Assembly (NCBI RefSeq): GCF_009914755.1
Contig: NC_060928.1
Reading direction: 5' to 3' (one strand)
From: the human T2T-CHM13v2.0 reference genome, Homo sapiens
Length of the DNA: 64,000 nt
This document shows, piece by piece, positions 11,931 to 26,119 of this stretch. Position 1 is the first letter of the stretch; each line of letters begins with the position of its first letter. The notes below the pieces were generated by a model. The model was not told where the DNA came from, did not search any database, and was given only the letters and a program-made list of their open reading frames with translations. The position numbers were made by a program, and so were the translations under genes.

Positions 11931-14900
11931 ATTTATGTAGATTAAAATGAAATTTTGAAATAAAAAGAAAAGAAAATAGATGTCTAAATGGAATAGTACA
12001 AATTCTTTAGAGGACATCCTTCCAGATTAACTGATTTCAGACTTGTATTGCCTTAAAGCTAATTTATAACTCTGCAAATTGTAGATAAGTGAAACTGATG
12101 CAAAATAAGTCTTGTCTATGAACATCCAAATGAATTCTGTCCAGTGGGGATTCAATGGACTTTCTTCTCTTCCTTTCCCTCACTACTGTTTTTTAAAAGC
12201 TACTTTTGAATACATTGGCAAATTCACTTCAACATTTTAAAACTCAAAATAAGTTTGTTTCTTTCAAATCTTTTTTGAACTGGTTGTAAGATCTTCCTTG
12301 CTCCCTCATTAATGCTGAGTTAAATATCTAACAAGAGTTCATCTAATATCTCTAGGTCAGTTATAATTTTTTTTGAAAAGAATTCTTTAACAATTTTGGA
12401 AGTCTTCCACTGAGACTCACAGTGGATTGATTCACCTGACAGAGTTAGATGAATGGACATTGTTGCTAGGGAACTGCTCTCTCTATGGGCTGTTGGAGCC
12501 CAGGCACATCTTTTCTTGACTCCCTGAGGTGAATCCAAATAGCAGTCGAATTTTGTTGACTCTCTGTTTTTCCAATTTCAGTTTTCTTTTCTATGTATTT
12601 TTTTAATCACTAATAAGTGATAGAAATTATTAGGAATGTGGAGCTATGGCCAAGCCATTTTATGATCTCTGTAAAAGGACTAATGATTTATAGAGATCTA
12701 TTACCTGGTAGATGAGAAGTATTAGAGAATCTGGCTTAACAACCTTTTTGTTTGTTTATTTGTCACTTTGGGCTCAAATTCTGTAGAAAATTTTGATCAC
12801 TAGTAAGGAGAACATCGCTTTCTTATCTTAATCAGTGAGCTTTTGTGGTTTTGTGCTTACTATTGGCTCAAGGCTGAAATTATCAAATTGAAGCTATAAG
12901 TTATCTTTATGCCAGTATGTCTATCTGTAATTCACAAAGGTCTTTACCTGTAAGTATGAAATATTTTTGTACCTCTAGAGAATATTTTGAAATTAGTGTA
13001 TTTAGTCTCTTAAAGTAAGTTCTAATGGATTTATAGAGAAAAATAAGCACTTAACAAATATTCAATTTTTAAAATTTACAGGTAATAATAAAATTGAACT
13101 TGTAATAATTTAAATATTCTGTAATCAAAAGATAAAAATAATATTTTATATAAACTAACCCAGAAACTTTAAAAAATCCAAGGGAATGTAAATTAGGTAA
13201 AACCTTGGTCAGAAAAAAAAATTACTTATTATGGTTTAATAAAAATAGTTGTGCCTTCACTTATTTGCATGTGGAAGTAGAATGGTAGAATGGCTTGTTA
13301 TTCTACTTGGGTATGATTTTTTTCCAAATTTATACACATTTACTGATCAAAGAGGTAACATTACTCATGTGATGTTTAAGACTACAAAAAATGTAAATGT
13401 ATGTTTAAAAAAATGGATTTTTATCAACTTAACAGTAATTAGGTTTTATAGTGGGTTTGGAAGAAAATTTTCAAGATCTTTACATGACTTAAAATCTTAG
13501 AATGAGTTAATTTAGTTAGGTATTGGATAATCAGTGGCTATCCATATAATTCCAAACTAAGAACCAAACATTGACTCTTTGTCATAATTTTAAGTTTACA
13601 TTTTTTATTTTTATTTTTATATGTTACAAAAATGCTATGGCTTTGTTCCATGTTAATTAAAAAATTTATGTTTTGCCACTTTGAAAAGTTTTAAAAGGGG
13701 CGTTTCCTTCTATAGAATGTTATGTGTATTTGGAACTCATATGTATCTGCTAAAATGTTGGTGCATGACAGACACCTCTCAATTATTTGTCCTCCTCTCC
13801 CGTACCTTCCTCCGTTCTCTCTGTGAAATAAAAGTTAGTTACTTTGATTAAGAGTTATAGTTAATATAAGTGGTTGATACTATACTAGGAGCAACAGTGA
13901 CAGAGAAAAATATACTATGTTCTCTAGAGGTACTAAAAATAATTAAGTTTTATTTGATATGTTATTATTTATGAGTAACATGAACATTGTTTTAAAATTA
14001 GAAGGGATGCTTAGCCTTTCCTAGGTTACATTTGTATGGGTAAAATACTACTAATAGAAGTATTTTAAAAATTATCTGTTTTATAGGAATGTGGGGAAAT
14101 AAAAATTCCCTGTGTTTCTCAGTGCTCTTGCAAATGCCCTAGCCTCCTGAAACATGGATATGTACATGATACAAAGCTAGAGAATGTTGGCTTTCACTTC
14201 CTCAGAAGTATTTTGATTTTCATATACGAGGAATTAGATCTGCAAGCATTTATCTAGTTAATTGCTCTAATATGAAAGTATATTCAACTTCCATTATGTC
14301 CCCTAGATAACCAAATGGTGACAGCTTAGACTAGATCCCTGTGTTAAATGCTAAGTGCCAGAAGCACTGAAACACATCAAAAGGAATGAAGCCAATAATT
14401 GGGAGACAGTTCTAGCTTCTTATAACTGGAGACATCCAGGGATCATCTGGCTCTTATAAAGACTTATTTATTTTTGTAAAAAGATTAGGGTGAAAATCGT
14501 TTCTTAGGCTCAAAACATTAAAATTATTATTTTCTTTTTTTTCATTTTGGGGGACTAAAAGGGGACAGCTATCACTTCAGTATAAAAACAGAAAAAATCT
14601 TCTGTTCTTTTCCTTCATCGTCAGGATGTAATACTCCCATCACATCACTTCTGGACTGAGGAATGATGCTGTAATATTACTTTGGCTATTGATCTGGTTG
14701 TATGAATAAAGAACTCCTTTCCCTGACCATAACTGCATGTGGTATAACATCTCACAGTCTTCACCACTCTTGACAAAACAAAATTTTCTAGAAATGTCCT
14801 GGTGTTCGTAATCCTTCTGTTTAGCTTGGTTCTGGTGGTGGTTTGTAGATTATTAAACAATGCTACCAGATATAACATCAGTTATTATTTAAAATGTTTA

Positions 14901-15513
14901 CTTGACTTCAACCTTACTTCTCTAATTTAAATTTAGCATCTTCTAAATCAGTTTGTTAAAATTAGGGAATACATATCCAGTTTATCTATAAAGTTTTATA
15001 AAAATACAGATGTTTGGGTTCTACTCCAGACTTAGTGAATCACTTTATTTGAATTATTCCAATAGTCTTTGTATTTTCTTGGTTTGTTTTTTGTATATTT
15101 TTTGGTGTGATCTTAGCATATTATACATGTGGTGTCTCAGGATTATTTTGTTGTATATGAAAAAGTTTTTTTCTCTATAAAAATTTTGTTTATCAATTTT
15201 AACTAATCAGTTGTAACATTCACAAACTTATTTCGAAATAGGCTTCATCCTTGTCCTTAATGACATCTTGTTTAATTTTTTCAGATATGGCTATTTTTTT
15301 CTTATTTTGCGTACTACAGAAATACCCATTTCCTCATCAGCTCTGTAATTCTTATTATAAACCCTCACCATATCTTTCACACTTGAGAATTTTAGTAATA
15401 AATTAACCATGACCGTGTTAAGTATCTGTCATTTACATGCAGATTTTGGTTTACTGTGATGCTTTCCTAAAGGCCCTGCAATAACCTACAGGCCATAGTT
15501 CCTTTCTTCATTA

Positions 15514-15884
<371 letters not shown>

Positions 15885-16793
15885 TCAAAAACATATTTTT
15901 GGCTACAGGCTTCTGATGTCATTGCTTAGACAACATTCGGTCCATACCACTGGCTGTCAGGATATCCAAAAACCTTTTTAGAGTTAATGCTAATCCAAGA
16001 TACGGGAGAACAAGAATTAATTACATGAAACCTAACGAACTGAGGAAGGAAATGTAATTATATAATTTGGAATTGTGTTGACATTGTTTTAATGTTCTAT
16101 TTTGTGAATATATAAAGATGTCATTTTTCTGTCTTCTTTATCTCTAACAGATAACTATTTAGTAGACTTCTTTTGAAAACTGAAATGAAACATTTCAAAA
16201 TTATATCTGATTCTCATGACACCCTACTATCCACAATTCAGAAAATTTCTATTGAATTTTGTTATTTTTTTATGGCAATGGTTGTTCAATAATCATAGTT
16301 ATTGAACTATTCAATAGTAATCCATTATCCTTTTTACTAGGATAAATGGGAAAGATAAGGCAATTAAAACTTTGTTCAGAACATCATGTTTGACAATAAT
16401 GATTATTTTACAAAGATGATAAACCCTTTCTAGAAAACTAAGGTGGACTTTATAGAATCTAAGCTCACTGAGCTGCATCAAAAACAGTGGCCCACTACCT
16501 GGCATACAGGGTTCTCAGCTTCACAGCTGATAAGAAAGATCACTTTCTGGTAGGTCAAAGATCATTAAGACATTGTAGAGACTTTGAAGAAGAGGTATTC
16601 ATACACATCATAAACACTGAAGGTAAAATCTGGGGAAGGATTTATTGAATTTTGCTTCTTATTCTTCCAGTAGAAAACAATTGTACTTTATAAAAGTCCT
16701 ATCTGATATTGCTTATGAAAATTTTCAGTATAGCAAACATAGAAGGCACATTAAAAATTAATGGTTTTTGTATATCTAGATAAATAACCAGGC

Positions 16794-17154
16794 TGTGATG
16801 GTCTGAATGCTTGTCTTCCCAAGAATTCCTATGTTGAAATTGTAACCCCCAAAGTGATGATATTAGAAGTTGGAGACTTAAGGTGAATAGGTCAAGGGGG
16901 CAGAGCTCTTTCAATTGGGATTAGTGCCCTTTATGAGAGGCACCAGTGAGCTGCCTTGCCCCTTCCTCCATGTGAGGACACAGTGAGAAAGCACCATTTA
17001 TAAACAGGGAAATAGGCCCACACCAGGTGCCAAATCAGCCAGCACCCTGATCTTGGACTTTCCAGGCTCCAAAGCTGTGAGAAAGAGATTTCTGTGGTTT
17101 ATAAGGTACATAGTTTATGGTATTTTGCTATAGCACTTTGAATAGACTAAGACA
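16794..17154 (+). mobile_element. MLT1A0-like MaLR solo LTR inserted in the provirus
   Basis: TGTGATGGTCTGAATG...GGGATTAGTGCCCTTTAT...CCATGTGAGGACACAGTGAGAA...ATCTTGGACTT...GACTAAGACA. Confidence 0.88.
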
Positions 17155-17755
17155 CAGAACATACATAATAAAAACCTCATTATTTTGTAATAAGAAATAA
17201 TATTTCTTTGAAATTACTTTGATAAAAAGGACAAAATATGCTAAGTAAAGTTGGAATAAAAGAGATTATGGAGTATCTCAAATGAAAAACTATGTATTGA
17301 CAGGTCTTAGCCTTTTGGGTTAGCTAATTATTTAGCTGCTTTTGAGCAATTTTGCAATTCTAGTGAGTTGTAGATTACTGATAACAATACAAAATAATTC
17401 TTGTTTATGCAAATGCAAATAAATTTTGTCCAGTGGAGCTTCAATTGACACCCCTCTCCCCACAGAAAGAAAGCCAATTTTGCATCCATGTACAAATTTA
17501 TTTCAACATTCTTTTACTACTACAAATAAAAGTATGCTTCTTTGATTTTTCCTTTGATCTTGTTGTAACATCTTCCTGGCTCTGTAATTAATACTGAGTT
17601 AAATTTTTAACTCATGTACATTTTTTGAACATTATCATTATTTTGATGTTATTGCTTAGACAACATTCAGACTATATCACTCAGTGTTGGGATATCCTGA
17701 AATCTGGATACATAAATCATAAGATATAGATTCCTTATCTCTCTCTTTCTGTTTA

Positions 17756-17757
<2 letters not shown>

Positions 17758-17801
<44 letters not shown>
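17758..17801. repeat. (CA)22 microsatellite
   Basis: Uninterrupted CA run. Confidence 0.98.
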
Positions 17802-17804
<3 letters not shown>

Positions 17805-18544
17805 TCAATTCTTGACCATGTGAGGCCTCAGAAATTCTGCTATAAAAAACATTCTTATTAAAACTACTCTTGGAAGAAGTATTCAAATAAGAAAGGAAGC
17901 AAATCCAGGAAAATACTTAAGTAATATAGGAGTTAACAAATATATTGGCTTAACAATATATAACAATATATAAGGCTTAACAAACATATTGATAATATTC
18001 AGTTATCTGAACAGCCAAATAAATAAAAACCTGCCTCTGCCCTAAAAATCTAGATATAAAGAAAAGGAAAGCAAGTATTATTAGTTGTCTTTATTATATA
18101 TTAGAATCAAGGGCATATTGTTTAGCTATGTCAATAAAAACAAGTAGCAGTAGGCTTTTATAGGCTGATCTTTAAAATAATTTTCTTCAGCAAATACATT
18201 CTGTCAAAGAATTTATGATTTAAATTTAAAAATAAAATTTATTTGTAACGGGGTTAAAACTTTATTTAAAAATTTAATGTAAGGCAATAATCGCAAAACA
18301 TGAGAAATGTGTTCTTTAATTTCAGTGGCTGATATGCAAGTTAATGAATGATTTATTTGTTTCTTACAAGGCAAAGCTAAACATGTAAGAATAAAGTTTT
18401 TCAGAAAGTAGACTTGAAAACAATTCATGCATTCTTGAGAAAATTTTAATCTGTTTTTAATTTGTAACCTTGTGATGATTAAATACAGTCAATCCATAGA
18501 AGCATTTTCTGTTTTAAAAATCCTTAAAAACTTGTCTCAATTTT

Positions 18545-19636
18545 TGTGTTGCAGATTGCAACATAGAACTTAGTTCTTTACTCCTTCCTGTATCCAAGAC
18601 TTCCATGTAATTTCACAGTTTCTTTCACTGAAGAGACAGAATTCTATGTCTCTGCCCTTGTTTCTAAGTTTGATCATATGGCTAGCCTTAGCTAATGAGA
18701 TATTATTAGGTGTGATGCATCAAGTAGCTTTCAAAAGATCTACTGCATTTTAAACACTCTTGCTTGTGTGCCTTATCCACAAGATTTTGCCTAAACTAGC
18801 CTGATGGAGGCATAAGGAGCAGAGTCATCCCAGGCTACAACATCCTAGATCAGCTGATCTGCAGCCAATCCCCCAATATATGTGAGATCAGAAGACTGTC
18901 CAATCAAGTCCACCGTAATTTGTGAACATGCAGACACTTGAGTTAAATTCATGTGTATTGTTCTAAGCCACTAAGTTTTAGGTTGGCTTTTACAGAGTAT
19001 TAAAGGATTTGCATTAATGTAAAGGGTTAATGTAGCAGGACTTGATTGTTCAAACCTTGTGCATTCCAAAGAAAGTTTTGGCCCTTGACCTCCTCCTGGG
19101 AGATAGCCTCTAAACCATTGGAATATCCTGCCTGATCCTATCTTTGTTCACCTGGGGCCTTGGGCCATGCCAGATAGTTTACGCTAACATGTGATTTATG
19201 GTGGGGGGATTGGCGTACACAGTACCAATTTGACCTCTGGAGGGGCTGGAGACTAAGTTACTAAGAATAGCAGTTGCAAGATTTTCATGCCTACATGTCT
19301 AACACCCAATAAAAACTCTGGACACAAGCCTTCCATGGTTGGCAGTAATTAATATGTATTGTTGCTTAGCATTACTGGGAGAAGTTAAGGCCTATCTTAA
19401 TTTCAATGGGAGGGGAAAACTGAAAACTTGTGTTTTTTTTCTCCTGAATTCTGCCCTATATTTCTATTTCATTAGCTGATTTTAATCTTTATCTTTCTGC
19501 TATAATAAATTATATCCATGAGTATAACTGCTTTTCTTTGTTCTATGAGTTTTTCTAGTGAAATATTGAAACTGAGGGTGGTCATTTGGGACCCCAGACA
19601 ACACATAGCATATGATGGCAATAGACAGCTTGTGCC
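18545..19636 (+). mobile_element. MLT1H-like LTR whose 3' tip is displaced by a MER77-like LTR
   Basis: TTACTCCTTCCTGTATCC...TAAGCCACTAAGTTTTAGGTTGG ends at about 18990; the tail CATAGCATATGATGGCAATAGACAG resumes at about 19604. Confidence 0.6.
18991..19603 (+). mobile_element. ERVL LTR, MER77/MER68-like
   Basis: AATGTAAAGGGTTAA..AGCAGG, CCTGGGAGATAGCCTCTAA, GACCTCTGGAGGGGCTGGAGACT, CCCAATAAAAACTCTGGACAC, CTGAGGGTGGTCATTTGGGACCCC. Confidence 0.75.
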
Positions 19637-21060
19637 ATGTATAAACTTGCCCACTAACACAGTAGCAATTTGTTTTGAACAGCATACAAATAGTACATGA
19701 TTAGAAAAAAAAAATCACTTATCAGATTATTTTATCAGGGTGGTTTGACCTTATACTGTACATGTTTTGGTTTCTTCTGTTCCTCCTCTAAGACCCTGAC
19801 ACAAATCTGTTCATCATTTTAGAACTGATGACATGTGGTATCTATGTGGCTGTTTTTGTCTATTTTTCTTTTTCTCACCTAAGGGTAAAGAATGTTTCCT
19901 TTTTAAGGGAGTTTCTTATTAAAGAAGATAGATACTGTGTTGTTTGGTGCATAGGTATTTGTAAATATTATGACTTTTTTTGTACATTGCGACATTTAGC
20001 ATTAAAATTTTTGCATTTATCCCATCAAAAACTTTTTTACAATCCGAATATTGCTATCCTTTTCCATAACAGGATCCAAATCTCACATTTTTATTGTTTG
20101 AATTTGTTTTTATACTTTTGGGCATCCATTTATTTTTCACTCTTCGTTAAATTTCATTTTTTAATCATCTATCATCTGGCAAAGAAATATTTAAATATAT
20201 GGTTTTTCTCTTTATCAATAAGTAAATCTAATATAGTATATTATAATCATATCTGTTTTGTTATTTCTGCAGATATAATCATTGTTTTTAAAAACAGAAA
20301 TGTCTTAAAAAACAGAAAGATACTTTTTTTTTTTTTTTTTTTTTTTTTTAGTATTACTTCTAAATTTCTGGCTGTCTCATTCCTAAGAGAAGAAACAACA
20401 AATGCAGAGCTCTGACACATCTCTTTTACTCTACAAAATCATTTAACCTATGAATAGATTGGTTCAAAGTTATCGCTCAATATATTTCCAGTGAAAGTAT
20501 TTGGGGTTTTGCTCCTATCCTCCAGTCTGGCCTCATCATCCATTTTTTAAGATACTAGCATTTTCTTGTTTGAAAACCTGGATTGCCTTGCCTGAGGCAG
20601 TTGATTGGCAATGAACCACCCATTCTTCTCAATATTCACTCCATTTTCTCATTGCCTCGAGGCCTAGAACTAGAATCAGAGCCTATGTGACTGGAGGTAA
20701 AGTAAGAATTACAAGGTATGTCTGGAGAGAGTGAATAAAATAAATATGTTTCATGATCTTGAAGATATATTGTGCAGGGATATAGAAAAACAGTTATTTG
20801 GTGTAATAAAGCATAGTTTACGCTTTATAATTTTTTTTTTTTTTTTTTGCTAGAATGAGTCAGTAGGCATCTGATTTGAATTATTACAATGGAAAGTGTA
20901 GGTGCTGCAAAAGTCTCCAGATTCCAAGGAGTTCAAAGGCCCAGAGCTCTTTGTAAGATAGCCTAGTTTCAACTAAAGAAGAACCCAGGCTCTATTGTCA
21001 TAAGTATATAATGTAAATCTTTCTTATAGACTTCCTTAAAGGGACTTGGCAAAGGAATAC

Positions 21061-21132
21061 CAGTTAACTCTGCACTGGGGAAATACTCATGTTCTTGGGG
21101 GATTATTAGACACTGGCTCTGGGTTGACCCTG
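21061..21132 (+). pseudogene. ERVL aspartic protease active-site remnant (LLDTGS)
   Basis: Hand translation QLTLHWGNTHVLGGLLDTGSGLTL, similar to recalled HERV-L TVHWGKGNNQTFRGLLDTGSELTL. Confidence 0.85.
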
Positions 21133-21899
21133 GGTGGCCCATACGTCAGTATACAGCCCAGTGAACATTTGGTGATCCATGGAGTTTTACTTTAAAGTTC
21201 TTATGATAAGAGTGGCTTCATCAGATTCACACATTAACTCTGTGATTATCACCTAGTTCCTAGTTCAGGTCATGTACAACAACAATTATAATCCCCAGCA
21301 CCCTGAGTATTTTTTTTTCTTGTTTTTGTTAGAAACAGACAAATTTAAAACCCTGGTCCTGAACTTTCCTTTCAAAAGAGTAAAGGCAAAGCAGTATTGT
21401 TTTTAATATGTGAGGATGATGATATCAACCATAGTCCTGATTAGCTGGAAATAGTAAGGATTATCTTAAACATTGTCAAACAGTAACTCTAGTTGCACCT
21501 GCTACTCCAGTTTTGGTTACTTCTTGGAGCAAATTATTATGTAGCTATTGATTTGGTGATTGAATTTTTTTCCATATAAATAAACAAGGACGTCCAGAAG
21601 TAGCTCATATTCATTGGGAGGAAAAGCAGTAGATCTTCATAATGTTAATTTAGGGTTATATCAACTATTCTACTTTCTGTCAAAATATGGTATACAGAGT
21701 TACTGACTGCCTATATATACTTTTAAATGTCACTCTTGTCTACTACATTAATGACATTATACTATTTTGATATGGTGAGAAGAAGGTGATATGAAGGCTA
21801 GATACTTTACTAAAACATGAATTTGCCCAAAGGTAAAAGGTGAAACCTCAAAATTTAAAACTTTTCTACAACACTAGAATTTCATCTAGTGTTCAAGGG

Positions 21900-22068
21900 C
21901 AGTACTTCTCAAAGCTAAACATGCATGCATACAAATCATTTAGGGATTTTCTTGCAAGGCATACTGTGATTTATTATGTCTGGGGAAGGGCTTGCTTTTT
22001 TACATTATTCACAAGCTACCAGGTAATACTGATGCATTTTTGAGGGAACCACACTTTAAAGAGGAAGG
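21900..22068. mobile_element. MER5A-like hAT MITE inserted in ERVL pol
   Basis: CAGTACTTCTCAAA...CACAAGCTACCAGGTAATACTGATGC...GAACCACACTTT; pol-like sequence (AAGTTGCTGCATCTTGCA, KLLHLA) resumes afterwards. Confidence 0.7.
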
Positions 22069-25000
22069 GGCTAAGGTTCTATATTTAAAAACAAGTTGCT
22101 GCATCTTGCATCACTTACCAATTAGAAAGAGGCACAATCAATGCTATGTAAGCTTATTTGGATTTTAGAAGGAAAATGTATACTATTTAGGTGGCCTTCA
22201 AACCATATGTCAAGTAACTTGTGTGGTTTATAATTTCCAAGGTTTCCTAAAACTAAAAAAGTTTAGTTTTAGTTGCAGCAGAATGAAGCTGCAATGCATG
22301 CTTTCCTGTCACTTAAGTCTTAGGCACAGCATCTTTAATGGTGTTCCAGGAATCTCTGGTGAGTACAAAGTAGGGACCTCTGGAAATGAATTCCCAAGAA
22401 GAGAAACATAGCACATACCATGGAGTTTACAAACTATGACTTCTTTTGTTGTTAAATTATCTTTAGAAAATTATTAATAGCTTAGGTATCATTCCTGGCC
22501 TCTGTAGAGACTTTACACTTTAATTGCAACTCCAAATAATATTTCATCAAAGCAGGCTCTTATGAAGTGTTTTCTTTCTTTTTCCACAAACTTGGGTATG
22601 AGTAGCAACTCTACATTATGAAATAGAAGTGAGATTTCACACAAGTAGGACTTAAGCAAGTTGTATGAGCAGATGACTGAGACTCTTACAACACCTACTA
22701 CAGGTACGTAGCTGCTCTTGCCTTTACCAGGTTTAGAACCTCACTAAGAGTTCATTATGAACAGTTCAAAGGGGAACATAATATTTCACGCGTCAGTATG
22801 AAATTCTGTCATTGGGCATAAGTGGGCTCCTTCTGCACTTCAGTCCCTTTAGTGGCTAGCCCTGAAAGACAACGGGGAAAGGAAATACTTCTTTGGGCAG
22901 AATTTAGGCAAGACGCCTGATTGTGCCTTTTTTATGGAAAGAGAAATGATAAGAGTTTAAGATTTATGTTAATCATGTGCAAAGCCTATTGGTTTGGCTA
23001 GTTGGTAAGAGGCTAGAAAGAAAATTATTGATTGTAGGATTCAACAAGAAGATATAATAAAAGGGTATGTGGTTACTTACATTTCTTCATTGCAGATAAA
23101 TCTATCGATAATCGGGGAGAATAATGTTCATTCTTTGCATGTTAGTCTCCTTTTCTTTTCTTTTCTTTTTTTAAATCGGCCTCTCAGGTGCTTATACAAT
23201 GGGCCCATGTACAAAGCGGGCATGGTAGCAGAATTTGAGGGTATGCATAAGCTCGACAAACAAAATTTGGCCTTATCAGTAGTTTATTGCCACTGTTAAA
23301 TACCAGAGTTGCAAAAAGCAGAAACTAAGTCTGTGCTCCTATATGGCGCCATGGCCCAGTGTGGATCACTTACCCAGCTTGTGGCAGATTGATTATATTG
23401 AATTATTTCTATTGGATGTCTTCTATCATGGAAGAACTGACAATTTGTCCTCCCTGCTATAGATGTCTGTTCTAATAAGATCTTTTATGCCCTTATGGCA
23501 AGGATTCTGCTAACATTATCGTCTATGACCTTATTGAATACTTTACTCACTGTTATGATATTCTGTACATGTTTCCAAAGAACAGATTTTATAACAAAAG
23601 AAGTATAGCAATGAACTCATGCTACAAAAATTCACTAGCCAAGCAACATTTCTCGACATTCATTTAAGTCATACTTGGGGTGCATGGAAGTGACAAAACT
23701 TTTTAAAACTAAAAAATAAGCAATCATGCAGAGGGATTAGAATGAGCAAATACCAAAAGGAACAGAAGATTTGCTCTTTTCTTTTTAAATTTATTTTGCA
23801 AATATATACATATTTGTAATCAGTCCATTGGCATTTTATTCTCAAGTTATCAATATTATAAAATATCTTTCAGGATAATTACTGTTTTTTTAAGTTGATT
23901 TTAGGTAAAATTTACTTCAATTGATTTCTCAAGTAAATTGGACCAGGGCAGTGATAGTAATTACAAGGCAAAAAGCAAAACATATCTGTAAACAGATCAG
24001 TAAGCTCGAGTTCTCATAATTACTGAGAGTATAGATGTTTATATTAGAGCAAAGTGCAGGTTGTTATGTGTATTATTTTATATCTGTGAACATCTCTTTA
24101 GGATTCAACTGAGAAGATAGTGAGTTAATTTATATCACTTATGTATCTTTAAACAAATTTATATAATGCTCACTTGTGCCAGGATTTTGCTCACTGTTGG
24201 GTATATAAATTAATACAAATTATTAAGCTCAAATTTATCACTTTCATTTTGTTTCCTAGTTGTCACTCTTCTCAAATGTCGTCCACTCACTACTATTGTC
24301 AGTATTTTCTAAAGTAAAAATCTGTGCCACAATAACCACAGACAGCACATGAAACTGATTTAAGAAAACAATATAGCTGATTTATAATGACAAAATTGGA
24401 GACCTAATATTCATAGGACTCTCACTATTGTCATCTTTATGCAATTTATTAAGATACTTGCCATTAAGGATACGTAAAAGGTATTGTTTTACATTATAGT
24501 TATCTTGTTTACCTCCTTCTTATGGTGTTAGTCTACTCGAGGTTTTTCCCTAAGCCGAGTTCTCACTTTATTGGGTTTGCTTACTTTTTATCTTTTTTTG
24601 CCTGCTTTTTCACTACATGTAAGTGGCATTTGATCTCCTTTGCTATCAAATTTTGACAGGTGATTTATTTTTGAGAACCAGAAATATTCTTCAGCTTCTT
24701 TCGAAATTCACTTTGTTCATTATGCTTGCTAATCAGCTCAATCTTAGATTTGACGTCCTCAACCATTATAGTTATTTCCAAAAAATGTAGAACTCAGAAT
24801 TAAATTTTTTTTAAAAAAGAAGAGGAAAAAAAAAGAGTGAAACCACCCTCCTTTATGATCTCATTATACTCTCTTCTTTGCCAAGATGGTTGTCAATCTC
24901 GCAAATTATACTACTTTTCTTTTTTTTTCTTTTCTTTCCTATGCATTATGATCACAAGTAATATAAAAAGGCATTCTCAATTTACTTTGTCGGCTAATAG

Positions 25001-26119
25001 CCGCAGAGCCTTTCCTGAGAGATTTCATTTCGCTTTCCTCTCTAGTTTCCTTAGTCAGCAGGTAGTATTTCTTTTCATTGTTACAATTCTACTCTCTATC
25101 CTTGATAGATTAAATGTTCTTTTTGTGTCATAGTCTACAGCTAATGTGAGCTTCACCTCCGTAGTTCCTCACGCTGTTTTACCCTTTACATCTGTAAACC
25201 CTTTTTTGTAGCACAACCTTTGCAGCTCTTTGAAGTCTTCTCATTTTGTGGCTCACTAACTCAGGTCATGAAGCTGCCATGGTGGGGTGGAAGGAGGGTT
25301 TCTGACTGCAGTTTGGACCTTTCTTTGAGGATACACTTTTTATCTTTTTTCTAGATGTACTAATTGGAGATCTAGAGTGGAATGTAGAAAAAAGATGTTG
25401 GTGTCTAAATTAAAGATTTACTAAATGCACTGAAATAATTATTTACCTAACACATATTTAATGCCTGATAATTATCTTGTTGATGAATAATTATATTTTA
25501 AATATTTCAATGCTAGTAGCTAAAAGATAAGATAATTTAGAGTAAGGAAGAGAAACATAAATGCTTTATATGAATCTTTAACCTTTTTGAGGACTGACAA
25601 TCTTCATCAAAATGGAGATGAACGGATTCAGTGAATACTACGTCTATCTGCCCTCTGTAAGATAGTAATGTATCAAATCATTGATGAGACCATAAAACTC
25701 ATACACATTGAAAAATTTGTTAGTCTACTCATGATATGCAAATTTATAAATGCCTATTGATATTTCTACAAATTCAATTGAACTCTATGCTTGTGTAGAA
25801 AACTTTGAATGCTGGAAAGACAACTAAACATAAAAATATTATTTAAATATTCTAATTTTTATGTATCTGCTTACAATAATTTATATTACCACCTCTTCAA
25901 ATGTTATTCTAGTATTTTATGTATAGATATACATAGAAGTTAAATATAGATGCATGCATTCTTTCAAGTAATTTCCAGCTATTGCAGTTATTGATTTTCT
26001 TCTTCCTTTTAAAAAGGTACAATGCAAACCTCCAGCTTCTTGTAGTTTTCAATTTCTCCTCTGCAAGGGAATGTATTACCTTCCAACATCCTGCCACCCC
26101 AAAATACTAAAATATATTT

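Larger units (their letters stand above)
20480..23640 (+). mobile_element. Decayed ERVL internal region (gag-pro-pol relic), no flanking LTRs recognised
   Basis: Motifs in retroviral order: gag-like CCTGAGGCAGTTG; protease LHWGNTHVLGGLLDTGSGLTL (21070-21132); RT GYINYSTFCQN and VTLVYYINDII (21729-21761); RNase H-like GCCCTGAAAGACAACGGGGAAAGGAAA; integrase QWAHVQSGHG (23197-23226) and WQIDYI. Many stops and frameshifts. Confidence 0.88.

Noticed and set aside
14949-15045. Possible MER5-like fragment within the provirus
   Set aside because: Only one short motif resembles MER5; insufficient support.
19828-20415. Longest ORF (195 aa)
   Set aside because: F/L/I-rich translation of T-rich DNA that includes a poly-T run; no domain or splice context; a chance ORF.
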